The notes: a model not told the origin generated them from the sequence alone. 64,000 nt of DNA from Calditrichia bacterium (GCA_963712885.1 CAVQJT010000026.1:32858-96857); one strand, 5' to 3'. Shown: positions 22,177 to 32,950, numbered from the stretch's first letter. Numbers and translations are program-made.

Positions 22177-22203
22177 TTAGCACTCACCTTGAATGAGTGC
22201 TAA
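22177..22203. promoter_or_regulatory. CIRCE element (HrcA operator)
   Basis: Perfect TTAGCACTC-N9-GAGTGCTAA upstream of groES; the palindrome extends to 22174-22206. Confidence 0.97.
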
Positions 22204-22204
22204 C

Positions 22205-22234
22205 AATATATCAAAATTACCCATAAATATGCAA
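22205..22234 (-). promoter_or_regulatory. Sigma70-type groESL promoter
   Basis: Minus strand TTGCAT-18 nt-TATATT with TGn extension, directly upstream of CIRCE. Confidence 0.55.
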
Positions 22235-22343
22235 GCCCTTTTTCCTGGTTTTTATCCCAAAATATGGCTTAAGTGTGAAAAATAGTTTCATTTATCTCCC
22301 GTTGTCTGTAAAATAATAATCCCATGTCTTTACAGGAGACGCC

Positions 22344-23533
22344 ATGTCAGTGTTCAATCTGCGTGAAATTCAAAAAATGCTCTTCCAACAAAAAATCGAT
22401 GGCTGGTTTTTTTATGATTTCCAGGGCAGCGATCCGATCGGCCGAGCTGATGCTTCAGATTCCATCAGAACCAACCCAAACGCGCCGTTGGTATTATTTT
22501 ATTCCAAAAGAAGGGGCTCCGGTCAAAATTGTTCATAGTATCGAGCGTACGGTACTCGATCATCTTCCCGGGAAGAAACAGGTTTATATGGGATGGCATG
22601 AATTGGAAAATAAGCTGAAAGTCTGTCATTGGTGAACGGACCCGGATTGCAGCACAATATTCACCCAAAAATGCCATTCCGAATATTTCCCGTCTGGATG
22701 CCGGTACGTTCGAATTGCTCCAACAACTAAAGACCGTTATCGTCTCTTCTGCAGAACTTGTTCAGTTATTTGAATCCCGCTGGTCAGAAGCACAGTTAAA
22801 TACCCATATCAATACGGCAAAACATCTATCTGAAATCATGCAGAAGTCTTTTCGTTTTATTAAACGTAAGATAAACGGGCATCAGGAAATTACCGAACTT
22901 GCCCTGCAGAAAAACATGATACTCGAAATGAATAAAAGAGGACTGATCTTTGACCACGCGCCAATGGTTGCTGTCGGAACGAACAGCGGAATTCCCCACT
23001 ATACGCCTACTGAAGGCAAAAACAGTCCGATCCTGCCGGGCGCCATCGTGCTACTGAACCTGTTGGCAAAAGAACGAAGTGCCAACGCGGTCTACGCGGT
23101 TATTACCTGGATGGGATATGTGGGGGAAGAGGTGCCCGATAAATTCCAATCCCTGTTTGGCTTGATTTGCCGGACCCGAGATGAAACCATCAATTTTATT
23201 AAATCCAGCCTGCAAACCAAAAAGCCGCTTTTAGGATTCCAGGTAGACGATTTTGCTCGAAATGTGATGAAAAAAGCCGGATATGAGAGTTATTTCCTGC
23301 ATCGTACAGGGCATTCAATCGGTCGCCAAATACATGCCAATGGGGCAAATATGGATAATCTGGAAACACATGATGAACGGCCGGTAATTAACAACACCTG
23401 TTTCTCGATTGAGCCCGCCCTCTATTTTTCAGAGTTTGGCTTACGATCAGAAGTTAATGTCTTTGTCGGTCAGAAAGGTATCGAGATAACCACCCAACCC
23501 GTACAGACCGAAATTGTTCCGATCATGAAATAA
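22344..23533 (+). CDS. Xaa-Pro (M24-family) aminopeptidase (frameshifts in the 5' third)
   Basis: DGWFFYDF, TRRWYYFIP..G, PHY, HRTGHSIG..HANG, FSIEP, RSE. Confidence 0.85.
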
Positions 23534-23617
23534 ACATGCGGTCTATGAATTTGACCGGGCCGCTTCTGGATTTCCACAAAATTTGGACAAGGAAATAAAA
23601 TAAATCCCGGGAGAAAG

Positions 23618-24400
23618 ATGATGTATCAGAACATTCATGTACAAACTCAAAATAATATTACAACGCTAACTATAAATCGCCCGGAAAAATTGAATGCACT
23701 TAATCTGGCAACCATAAATGAGATCGATAAGGCATTGACGGCTATCGAAAAGGATAAAAACGTTCGCGGCGCCGTGATCACCGGCAGCGGTGAAAAGGCT
23801 TTTATCGCCGGGGCGGACATCAGCGAAATCACCACACTAAATAACGAAACGGGCCGGTTGTTTGCGCAGCAGGGGCAGTCCGTATTCAACAAATTAGAGA
23901 ACCTGCGAATTCCGGTAATTGCTGCGGTAAATGGTTTCGCACTTGGCGCCGGTTGTGAACTGGCGCTTGCCTGTCATATGCGTATTGCCAGTGAAAATGC
24001 CCGCTTTGGCCAACCCGAAGTTAACCTTGGCATAATACCCGGTTTTGGCGGGACACAACGTCTTCCCCGGCTTGTTGGTACAGGTATGGCGATGGAACTC
24101 TGTTTATCAGGAAATCCGATCGATGCCCGGGAGGCCCTGCGTATTGGACTGGTTAATCGTGTCACAAAATCCACAGAACTATACAAAACAGCGCTGGAAT
24201 TGTTAGGGACAATCTCGCAGAAGGGGCCACTGGCCCTAAGGATGGTTATCGAATGCATCAATCAAGGACGCAATATGTCGCTTGAAAATGCACTGCAGCT
24301 GGAAGCTGAGCAATTTGGCCATATCTGCGGTACGGAGGATATGAAAGAAGGAACCAAAGCATTTCTAGAAAAAAGAGCACCACAATTTATGAGGAAGTGA
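23618..24400 (+). CDS. Enoyl-CoA hydratase/crotonase
   Basis: NRPEKLNAL, AFIAGADI, NGFALGAGCELA, FGQPEVNLGIIPGFGGTQRL. Confidence 0.95.
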   Translation: MMYQNIHVQTQNNITTLTINRPEKLNALNLATINEIDKALTAIEKDKNVRGAVITGSGEKAFIAGADISEITTLNNETGRLFAQQGQSVFNKLENLRIPVIAAVNGFALGAGCELALACHMRIASENARFGQPEVNLGIIPGFGGTQRLPRLVGTGMAMELCLSGNPIDAREALRIGLVNRVTKSTELYKTALELLGTISQKGPLALRMVIECINQGRNMSLENALQLEAEQFGHICGTEDMKEGTKAFLEKRAPQFMRK

Positions 24401-24605
24401 GATCGTACTTCAGCTTAAAAATGAAAATTAGACGATCAAAGTTGTCATTAAACGATTCGGCCTTATACCGGTATTTTAGTTTTAAGTTTCTGTGCCTGTC
24501 CCCCAAAGGCATACCCCCGGTTTTAGCAGGACGACTAATACGGGAAAAATAAAAACAGCAGGCAGAATTTATAAAATTACTGTTAAAATTTATACGGGAT
24601 AATTT

Positions 24606-26991
24606 ATGAAATATATACGATTTTTTAAATGGGTTGGATTGCTGCTCGCAGGACTTCTCCTGATTCTCATCCTGACTGCCTATCTGATGTTGCACGCCTC
24701 TTTACCCGAAAGAGAAGGATCGATCACGCTGGAAGGTGTTCGCGATTCCGTGAAGATTACCTATGATCGGATGGGTATACCACAGGTTTGGGCAAAATAT
24801 GAATCGGATGCCTGGTACACATTGGGATGGCTGCATGCCAGTGAACGGCTATTTCAGATGGAAATAAGCAGACGTGCCGCAGCAGGAAGATTATCGGAAA
24901 TGTTTGGTGAAGAAACGATGGAAATCGACCGTATGCAGCGCCGGTATGGCCACACGAAGATGGCTGAAAACGCGATAAAAAATCTTGATATGGATTCACG
25001 TATCAGGTTGCAGGCATATTGCAACGGGGTTAATGCATGGGCGGATTGGACAAATACCTTTCCGTTTGAATATTATATACTGGATATTGACTTTGAACCA
25101 TGGACCCTAACGGACTGTCTGGCATTATTCAGTTTTCAAACCTGGTTTTCGAATGCGCTCCAGGATAACGGAATATTTTATCAAAATATTGCCGATCAGC
25201 CTGGGCCAGGCTGCGGCCAGACAGGCTTATACCTGGCTATCCGGATTGGATTCCAAACACCGTCCCATCGGAAAAATCGAACGAAAGTACGGCTGAAAAG
25301 GAAACGATTGCCGGCGATCTTTTCCGGAATGGTCTGGACGGTTTAGTCATGACGTCTGCCTCCAATTCATGGGTTGTTGCGCCGAAACGCAGTGCCAGCG
25401 GAGCAGCCATGTTGGCCAGTGATCCGCACCTCGATTTATTCCGGTTGCCCCAGTTCTGGTATATCGCCGGATTACATGCACAAGAAAATGCCCTCAACGT
25501 TCTTGGTATAACCGCGCCTGGCATGCCGTTTATGGCATTTGGCCACAATGGAAAATCGGCCTGGGCATTTACTGCGGCGGGTGTAAAAGTGATGGATCTT
25601 TATGATGAAAAACTGAATCCCGGAAATAGCATGCAGTATCAAACCCCATCAGGATGGCAAAATTTCGAAAAGCGGATGGAAATTATTTACTGTGATGGAC
25701 AGGATAAACCCGATAGTCTTGTTATTCTGACCTCACGCCATGGTCCGGTGATCGAACGTCTGGACAGCCTGAATATTGTCCGTACGCTGCGGTGGGTCGG
25801 ATTTGACGTCGATTTGGCTCTATCAATAAAAAAAGGTTTTGACCTGCCGCATGTGGGCGATTTTCAAATCTTTCGTCAAACAATCACCGGGCTCGGCGCC
25901 CTCGATGCAAACTGGCTGTATGCAGATGTGAAGGGTAATATCGGCTATCAGGCTGGGAACACCGATACCGGTCAGAAATTGGCCTTATACCGGTTTATGC
26001 CTGCCCGGATGGATCAATAATTATGAATGGCAAGGGTATCACCCGCTCGATGATACACCACACGCCTTAAATCCATCACAGGACTGGCTGGCTTCCTGTA
26101 ACAATCGTCCGGATTCCGGGAATCTCGAGCTATGAACTTCCCGGTAATTTTGCCATAGACCGTATTCTGCGCCTCCGTGAATTGCTCGGTACCCAGGAAA
26201 AATTTTCAATTGCCGATTTTATCGGATTTCAACTGGATAAAAAGTCGGCCTTTCTCTTACTATGGCGGGATGATCTGGTAAATGCCCTTCGAACTGCCGG
26301 GCATGAAGATCTAGCATCTCAGGTAGCCGAATGGGATGGGGACATGGGGGTTGAATCGCGGGAGGCAGCCCTGATAGAAATATGGCTGTTCAAAATGAAA
26401 CAACATATCTTTGCAGACGAACTTCCCGGAGTTATGAAAGATATCAACAGGCGCGAACTGTTTCGCGATCGTGTACTTTATAATACTTTCCATGAGCCAT
26501 ATCCGATCTGGTTCGATAATATCAACACAGACGATGTGTTCGAAACTCGCGAACAGATCGCTCAGCGCGCTCTGGAGGAGGCTCTGGATGAGACGGATGG
26601 AGAAGAGTGGGGAACATTTCAGAGATTAACCATGGCACATCCGTTCGCGGTCGTACCCTTAATCGGTAATTTACTTGATCTGGAACGCGGTCCATTTCCC
26701 AGGGGGGGAAGTTCCGGCACGCTGAATGCAACTTTATCTGTGCCTGATGATGACGGCCAATTTAAAACACTTGGAGGCCCCAGTTGGCGTTTTGTCATAG
26801 ATTTTCACAATGTAGATGCCGTATCCATGGTGATTCCGGCCGGTCAATCCGGCCATCCTTTGGATGACCACTTTTTCGATTTTTACGGACTATGGGAGAA
26901 AGGGAGTATGTGGAATGTTCCGTTCAGTCGTGAAAAGGTGTTTGCACGCAGTTATTCAATCCTAAATCTTTTACCGTCTGAGTTAGATTGA
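24606..26991 (+). CDS. Penicillin acylase / Ntn-hydrolase family (AHL-acylase-like), N-terminal anchor (frameshifts ~25200, ~25955, ~26128)
   Basis: DRMGIPQV, HASERLFQME..RR...GRLSE, beta-chain start SNSW..AP, ASDPHL, GHN, SRHGP, PAGQSGHP. Confidence 0.9.
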
Positions 26992-26995
26992 AACA

Positions 26996-28087
26996 ATGAT
27001 TAAAATTATAGATTTACATTGTGATACGATCGGTGAATTACAAGCCGGGGTCGATCTGACCATGGGTAATCCCAAAGGGCATATGGACCTTGAGAGACTC
27101 AAAAAAGGCGGGGTAAGTGCCCAGGTCTTTGCCTGTTTTGTTTCATCCGAGATCCCGCAAACCAAAGCTTTCAACCGCGCAATCGAAATGATCAACCTCA
27201 TACACAACCTTTGCCAAAAAAATCCGCATGATTTTCGGTTGATCGGAAATCCGGAAGATATCGATCTGTCGGCTTCCGGGGACATAATCAATGTATTGAT
27301 CGCCGTCGAAAATGGATATGCCATCGGGAACAATCTGGATAATCTGGCGCATCTGAAAGAAAAAAAGGTATGTTATATGACCCTTACCCATTCCAAGAAC
27401 CTGCCCTGGGCAGCTTCATCCGGGGAATCGGAGGGTCCGGTTAACGGATTAAATGCTTTCGGGCGTAAAGTGATTGAGGCCATGAACGAAATGGGCATGA
27501 TCATAGATGTCTCCCATGTCCATGAATCTACTTTTTGGGACGTCATAAAAACCAGCCGGAAGCCGATCATCGCGTCTCATTCAAATACAAGAGCTATTTG
27601 CGACACAGCGCGTAATCTGACGGATGAACAGATACGGGCTCTCGCCGATAACGGTGGAATGATCGGTATCAATTTTTTTCCCGGATTTCTAGACCAGGCC
27701 TATGCTGCAGGTTTGAAAACCCACTGTAGCGATCTTTTTGCCGAACTGGATAAAATCGAAACCGCTTATATGGAGGATCCTTCGGGGAAAAGCCGGGCCT
27801 TGCAGATTTTTGCCAATGAGTTGCAGGGACGAATGCATGGGTTCCCGGTTCCACCGGGCAGGATCATCGATCATATCTGCCATATCGCAGACCTTGTGGG
27901 TATTGAATATATCGGATTTGGCTCAGATTTTGATGGCGTACCGGCCCTGCCCGAAGGGATCAGCGGTAGTGATATTTATCCGGTGCTTATTGGGCAACTT
28001 CAGGAAAAGGGATTCACCCAAGAGGAAATCAAGAAAATCGCCGGTGAAAATTTTAAACGTATATTGAAAGACAACCGCGTTGTATGA
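26996..28087 (+). CDS. Membrane dipeptidase (peptidase M19)
   Basis: DLHCDT, AVENG, TLTH, DVSH, ASHSN, RNLTDE, GFGSDFDG. Confidence 0.93.
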   Translation: MIKIIDLHCDTIGELQAGVDLTMGNPKGHMDLERLKKGGVSAQVFACFVSSEIPQTKAFNRAIEMINLIHNLCQKNPHDFRLIGNPEDIDLSASGDIINVLIAVENGYAIGNNLDNLAHLKEKKVCYMTLTHSKNLPWAASSGESEGPVNGLNAFGRKVIEAMNEMGMIIDVSHVHESTFWDVIKTSRKPIIASHSNTRAICDTARNLTDEQIRALADNGGMIGINFFPGFLDQAYAAGLKTHCSDLFAELDKIETAYMEDPSGKSRALQIFANELQGRMHGFPVPPGRIIDHICHIADLVGIEYIGFGSDFDGVPALPEGISGSDIYPVLIGQLQEKGFTQEEIKKIAGENFKRILKDNRVV

Positions 28088-28199
28088 ACCACCGAACTAT
28101 CCGGATAAATAGATTTAGCTTATTTATCATTTATTTAAATGATAAAAGTGAATTTATCGTATTGGAAATACTTCTTATAAGTAAAATAAATTCAATGGA

Positions 28200-29529
28200 T
28201 TATGTTGATCCGTTCGGTTCCGTGTTGAATTTTCCAGCCTGATCATTATCCGGTACAAGCTTATCATACTTAATCTTACGCATGGTCTCCTTACCGAATT
28301 CCTGCTCAAATAATTCATTTGAAGGATAGGTATGGCCAAGACTGGCCTGCCAGATTTCCGTTTTTTCCATGCAAAGATAAAAAAATACCATATCATGCCA
28401 GGGGGTAAAAATTTTATACATCAGCCGGAACATTCTGATCTTGATATCATCCGGATAGGTCAGTTTGCCGTGTGGATCCGGTACAAGTTCCATTTGCAGG
28501 ATCTTTGTGGGATTACCAAGATTCCGGATTTTCTGAATGACCGGTTGAATCAACGTAACTGAGCCAAAAGAGATAAAGAGAACTTCGTCGGGATCAAAAC
28601 GCTTCATTACCTGGTTTGCAATGCCGGTATAAGATTCACTCCATCCTTCGAAATACACCATTGGATGAAAATGGAAGGCTACCTTTATCCCCCGGTCAGC
28701 AACCGTGCGGGCGGAAGAGAGTCGTTCCTCAAGGGAGGCGGTAAAATGTTCTTCATGTTCAATCACCTCTTCCGGATTGAGCGACCAGCTGCAGACTATA
28801 TTTGGTGGAACAGGGTTTTCCAGAAAATGCTGAATATTTTTTGATTTGGTTTTAAATTCCATCAGGATTTTCGGATATTTGTGCGCAAATTTAAAATGGG
28901 CGTCAAGAATACCCTCCCGATTGCCCCAGGCAAGTGAATCCGAAGCCTGGCCCGTCCCGAAATGATAGAACCGGTCTGTATCCAGTTCTATCTGATCGAG
29001 TTTCTCGGCAATATTCCGTTCAATCTGGATATTCTCTGTGTAAAAGGTCTGGATGGTACAGTAGCTGCAGCCGAATACACAATTTTCCACGACGTCGATT
29101 GTAAGCAGATTGCAGCAGACTGTTTTTTCTGGAAGCGACCGGACACAAGCCGTAAATTTTCTTATTGCTGTGATAAGAAACCACTTTTTTGGGTTCGCGT
29201 TGCAAGATACTCCGCTCCGCTTTGCGTTTATAACGCTTTGGGGTATGCCGCAACTTGGTCAGATGACCATGAAGATATGTCAAAAAACGGGTTTTTTCGA
29301 TATTCCGGTGCATTTCGGGTATGGTCTGCCACCAGGTGTCGAGGCCGCCCTCTCCCCACATGGTCAGATCGCGGCTTGCTTCGACCAACTGTCTGAACTC
29401 CTGAAAGGTAAGCCGGTGAATGAAGGCAAACTGCCTGATTATGGCCTGTTCGGATACGGGTAACTTCTCATAAAGCGTTTTCCCGCTGAACGATGCAAAC
29501 TTTGTATGATAATCTTTTTTTTGTGCCAT
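28200..29529 (-). CDS. Spore-photoproduct-lyase-like radical SAM protein with N-terminal extension (frameshift ~29130)
   Basis: Removing one A joins the ORFs: GLCPVASEKTVCCNLLTIDVVENCVFGCSYC; EFKTKS, WSLNP, AFHFHP, YLCME. Confidence 0.85.
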
Positions 29530-29559
29530 CAGTATCTATTACACTTTCTCTCTTCCTCT

Positions 29560-29617
29560 AACCACAGAGAACGCGGAGGCCATATAATTGTAAATATTAT
29601 ACATAGCTTTCTGTGGT
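29560..29617. repeat. Small inverted-repeat element (ACCACAGA...TCTGTGGT), nonamer family
   Basis: AACCACAGAGAACGCGGAG at 29560; TCTGTGGT at 29610-29617. Confidence 0.55.
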
Positions 29618-29757
29618 CTGGAACTGTGCTTAACAAATAATAAATATACATGTGATCATACTTTTTATACGCTTTTTATCCAAATATTGTGCAAATTTAT
29701 TGATCAATCAGATCACAGGCAAGTTCACTAAACGAATCACAAAAAGGAAAAGTCCCC

Positions 29758-30519
29758 ATGCAAGCCGCATTGTTCCAATATGACCCAGTATGGGAAGATC
29801 GTGAAGCCAATATGGGAAAACTCAGGCAGATGGCATCTATGATTGAGACCAGGGTGGATTTGATGATTTTTTCGGAACTGACCCTGACCGGTTTTACCAT
29901 GCGGTCAAAGCGCTTCGCTGAATCTCTGGACGGTCCGTCGGTGTCTTTTTTCCGGGATCTGGCCTGTACGTATCATACCCATGTATTTGGCGGTTTGATT
30001 GAAAAGAAGGATGATGGGTGCCACAATTGTCTGGTGCACCTGACACCAGCCGGTAATCTGGCTGCCGTATATCGCAAAATTCACCCGTTCTCTTTTTCCG
30101 GGGAAAACCGGTTTTATAATGCAGGGCGAGAGCCCGTGATAACGCAAATTGGAGTAATAACGGTAGGTATGTCGATTTGTTATGACTTGCGGTTTCCGGA
30201 ACTGTTTCGAAACTACGGAAAAGCGCGGGTGGAAATGATCGTCAACATCGCCAACTGGCCTGAAGCCCGGATTGCACACTGGCAAACGCTGCTCAAAGCC
30301 CGTGCCATAGAGAATCAGTGCTTCATAGTAGGCGTAAATCGGGTGGGTAAGGATAAAAAAAATACCTACAACGGTTGCAGCGCTGTGTTCCACCCGTTAG
30401 GTGAAGAAATGCTTCTGGCTGAGAACAGGGAGGGGGTATTTTTAGTTGGTCTTGATTTGAATGAAGTGGCAAAGGTGCGTAAAACCTATCCGTTTCTTGA
30501 AGATATGGTTCTGGTGTAG
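29758..30519 (+). CDS. Carbon-nitrogen hydrolase (nitrilase/omega-amidase family)
   Basis: Glu-Lys-Cys triad: FSEL, YRKIH, ICYDLRFPE; ANWP, ARAIENQ. Confidence 0.93.
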   Translation: MQAALFQYDPVWEDREANMGKLRQMASMIETRVDLMIFSELTLTGFTMRSKRFAESLDGPSVSFFRDLACTYHTHVFGGLIEKKDDGCHNCLVHLTPAGNLAAVYRKIHPFSFSGENRFYNAGREPVITQIGVITVGMSICYDLRFPELFRNYGKARVEMIVNIANWPEARIAHWQTLLKARAIENQCFIVGVNRVGKDKKNTYNGCSAVFHPLGEEMLLAENREGVFLVGLDLNEVAKVRKTYPFLEDMVLV

Positions 30520-30528
30520 AATTAAAGT

Positions 30529-31390
30529 TTATTCCGGAAAAGGTATGCCCGGTATCCACCCTTCCGCCCTGATCATGCTCATGATCTGATGTTGTCCGTT
30601 AAAGTGAAAAAAATCTGAAAGTTTGTTATTGCTATCGGCGTTTTTAAGCCAACAGGCGCCGGACACGGCATCATTACGGTCTGATTTGATCCCCCGATTG
30701 ATAATACCCGGGTATAGTTCAACAATAACATGGCGGTCATGTGGCGGTTCGAAACCATCGAATGGCCAGAAGAACAGATGAATTCCCTCCTGCAGCAACC
30801 TATCATTGAGCACCGCCAGTTGGAAGATTCCGTACAATGTTTGCAGACCGACCGCTCCGGCACCGCCAAGTTTGAATACGGGTTGTGTCTTTGGGATCTG
30901 TTTCTCGATCAAGCGGCGTTCGCGGAAAGGTGCCACACCATAATCAAAATCCGGTCTTTTTATGACAGAAAACCCGGGTCCCCAGAAGGGACCGCATGCT
31001 GTACCCAGTCTTTTGCTGAATCAAACGGTTGATCATTTCTGCCCAGATACGGGGATCGTTATCGCCGACGGATAAGGATAGCGGACTAAATTGTATCAGG
31101 TCCAGCCATTGTCGCCAGGTATGCAGAGGATATCCGGTCAGCACTTCATAAAAACCTAGCGGAAACCCAAAATTATGATCGATACCAAGCAGAATGCGCT
31201 GACGATTTTGCGAAGCTTTCACGAATATGTGAAAAAGATAAATGCGTATCTCGTCGCGGTCTTTTTTTGTAACGATCCGGAATTGCTTGTGTTTAAGAGC
31301 AGTAATGGCCAGTACTATGTGTTTCCGCTGTTGTGTGCGGCTCCGGGCGCCGTTGTAATCCAGACAGGCATACTGATCGAAAAGAGACAT
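30529..31390 (-). CDS. Predicted RNase H-like fold nuclease (DUF429-like) (frameshift ~31009)
   Basis: FDQYACLDYNGA, LLGIDHNFGFP, then GPFWG, R.IE, FKLGGAGAVG.Q, WPFD, ELYP, DA, EGWI.G after removing one base. Confidence 0.65.
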
Positions 31391-31485
31391 TAATATTTTG
31401 ATTTCAAGGTTAATTTGTTGCAAGTTAAATCAAAATCCGGATAAATATCAATTATATCCTTTTCAGATAGGCGTCACAAATTTTT

Positions 31486-31825
31486 ACAGGATAACAGAAT
31501 GAACAAAATGTAATAAGATTTGAATTTATTAACCTGATTAATTCACCACCCGCGTCTAACGGGGCAGGCGGAATTGGACAGAACAGCGCAAACTATTGAA
31601 AAAAAGTACTTGGGCAAATATATTCGGATAATCTTAAAATATTTATCTATTATGATTTTTTCATGGACAATTTAAAAGAATTCGTACTTTTATCCGTGTT
31701 ACTCGGTGGTTTATGAATAAATCTGGTTACTAAATTAATGTATGATAGCCGGTAATATTTTTCTATTTAATCATCTCTGCGAAAACAAGTATCTAATTTA
31801 TATACCATTAATCCTGTTATCTTAT
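31486..31825. repeat. Nested inverted-repeat intergenic element
   Basis: Outer ACAGGATAACAGAAT / ATCCTGTTATC; inner CACCAC...CGGAAT / TCCGTGTTACTCGGTGGTT; GC-rich CCCGCGTCTAACGGGGCAGG insert. Confidence 0.5.
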
Positions 31826-31877
31826 TTATCAAGCCAATACGACTATCCGGTGATTTGGCTTTTCAATTCTGGAGAAG

Positions 31878-32903
31878 GTGATGAAAGCATATACGCTTAA
31901 AAAATCAGGCAAACCAGAAGTGCTGCAAATCAGTGATATACCCGAACCCGTTCCTGGGCCGGGTGAAGTAAAGGTGCGCTTGTTTTATGCCGGGCTAAAC
32001 TATGCTGAGGTGCTGTCCCGTATAGGTCTTTATGGCTGGGCGCCGAAACGGCCCTATATACCGGGCATGGAAGGGGTTGGTGAAATTGTAGCCGTTGGGG
32101 ATTCGGTGCCGGCGCAAAGGATTGGAGAGAAAGTCGTTGTGGGGGCGCAGTACGGATGTTATGCCGAGTATATATGTGTGTCCACAGGTCAGGCATTACC
32201 GATAATACCGGAATTGGATATTATAGAAAATGCTGGTTTGCTGGTAAACTATATGACTGCCTGGGTTGCTCTGATACGCCTCGGGCGGTTAGCAGAAGGT
32301 GAAACAGCATTAATTACGGCAGCGGGCGGGGGTGTTGGTACAGCAGCCATACAGATTGCCCGGCACTGCGGAGCACAGGTATACGGTATGGCGGGAAGCG
32401 ATGAAAAAGTAGCGTTTATCCAATCACTTGGGGCCCGAAAAGGATATAATTACCAGGTATCAGGAATCTTTGATGCTTTGAAAAAGGATACGCACGGCCT
32501 CGATGTTGTGCTGGAAATGGTTGGCGGTGAAGTATATCGAAGTGCACTGAGCATTTTAAATCCTTTCGGCAGGATGGTCGTAATGGGTTATGCAAGTCTG
32601 GAGTTAAAATACTGGAATCCGATGTCTGTTTGGCGGGCCTGGCGTGGTATTCCCAGGGTATCTATACCCGATCTTTCCGAACGATCCGCGGGAGTGATGA
32701 GCAGCCATCTCGGATATTTGTTGAAGATGCCGGATCTGTTGCGTAATATTTACGACGAAATGATCCGGTTCGTTAAAACGCATCAGATAAAACCGGTCAT
32801 CGACCGGGTTTTTAACTTTGATCAATTACCCGAGGCGCACAGGTATATGGAGGCACGCAGGCAGAAAGGGAAAGTTCTAATTAAAATTCATAAATTTGAA
32901 TAG
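31878..32903 (+). CDS. NADPH:quinone oxidoreductase / VAT-1-like MDR family
   Basis: GLNYAE, PGMEG.G, NYMTAW, AAGGGVGTAA.Q, GKVLI. Confidence 0.9.
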   Translation: MMKAYTLKKSGKPEVLQISDIPEPVPGPGEVKVRLFYAGLNYAEVLSRIGLYGWAPKRPYIPGMEGVGEIVAVGDSVPAQRIGEKVVVGAQYGCYAEYICVSTGQALPIIPELDIIENAGLLVNYMTAWVALIRLGRLAEGETALITAAGGGVGTAAIQIARHCGAQVYGMAGSDEKVAFIQSLGARKGYNYQVSGIFDALKKDTHGLDVVLEMVGGEVYRSALSILNPFGRMVVMGYASLELKYWNPMSVWRAWRGIPRVSIPDLSERSAGVMSSHLGYLLKMPDLLRNIYDEMIRFVKTHQIKPVIDRVFNFDQLPEAHRYMEARRQKGKVLIKIHKFE

Positions 32904-32915
32904 ACTGCTCAATAA

Positions 32916-32950
32916 AATTAGGAATTAGGAATTAGGAATTTGGAATTAGG
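32916..32950 (+). repeat. Heptamer tandem array, 5 units
   Basis: AATTAGG x3, AATTTGG, AATTAGG, 12 nt after the stop codon. Confidence 0.9.

Noticed and set aside
22344-28087. Peptidase-crotonase-acylase-dipeptidase block as a dedicated catabolic or biosynthetic cluster
   Set aside because: No regulator, transporter or scaffold enzyme is present, and gaps of about 85-200 nt separate most genes. Only the acylase and dipeptidase are tightly linked.
31612-31685. GxxExxY-protein C-terminal relic (GQIYSDNLK / LL*FFHGQFKRI) inside the nested element
   Set aside because: The similarity is too short and AT-rich to distinguish from chance without a profile search.
32916-32950. CRISPR array or telomere-like repeat
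   Set aside because: The units are contiguous 7-mers without spacers, there are no cas genes, and the position is internal to the chromosome.
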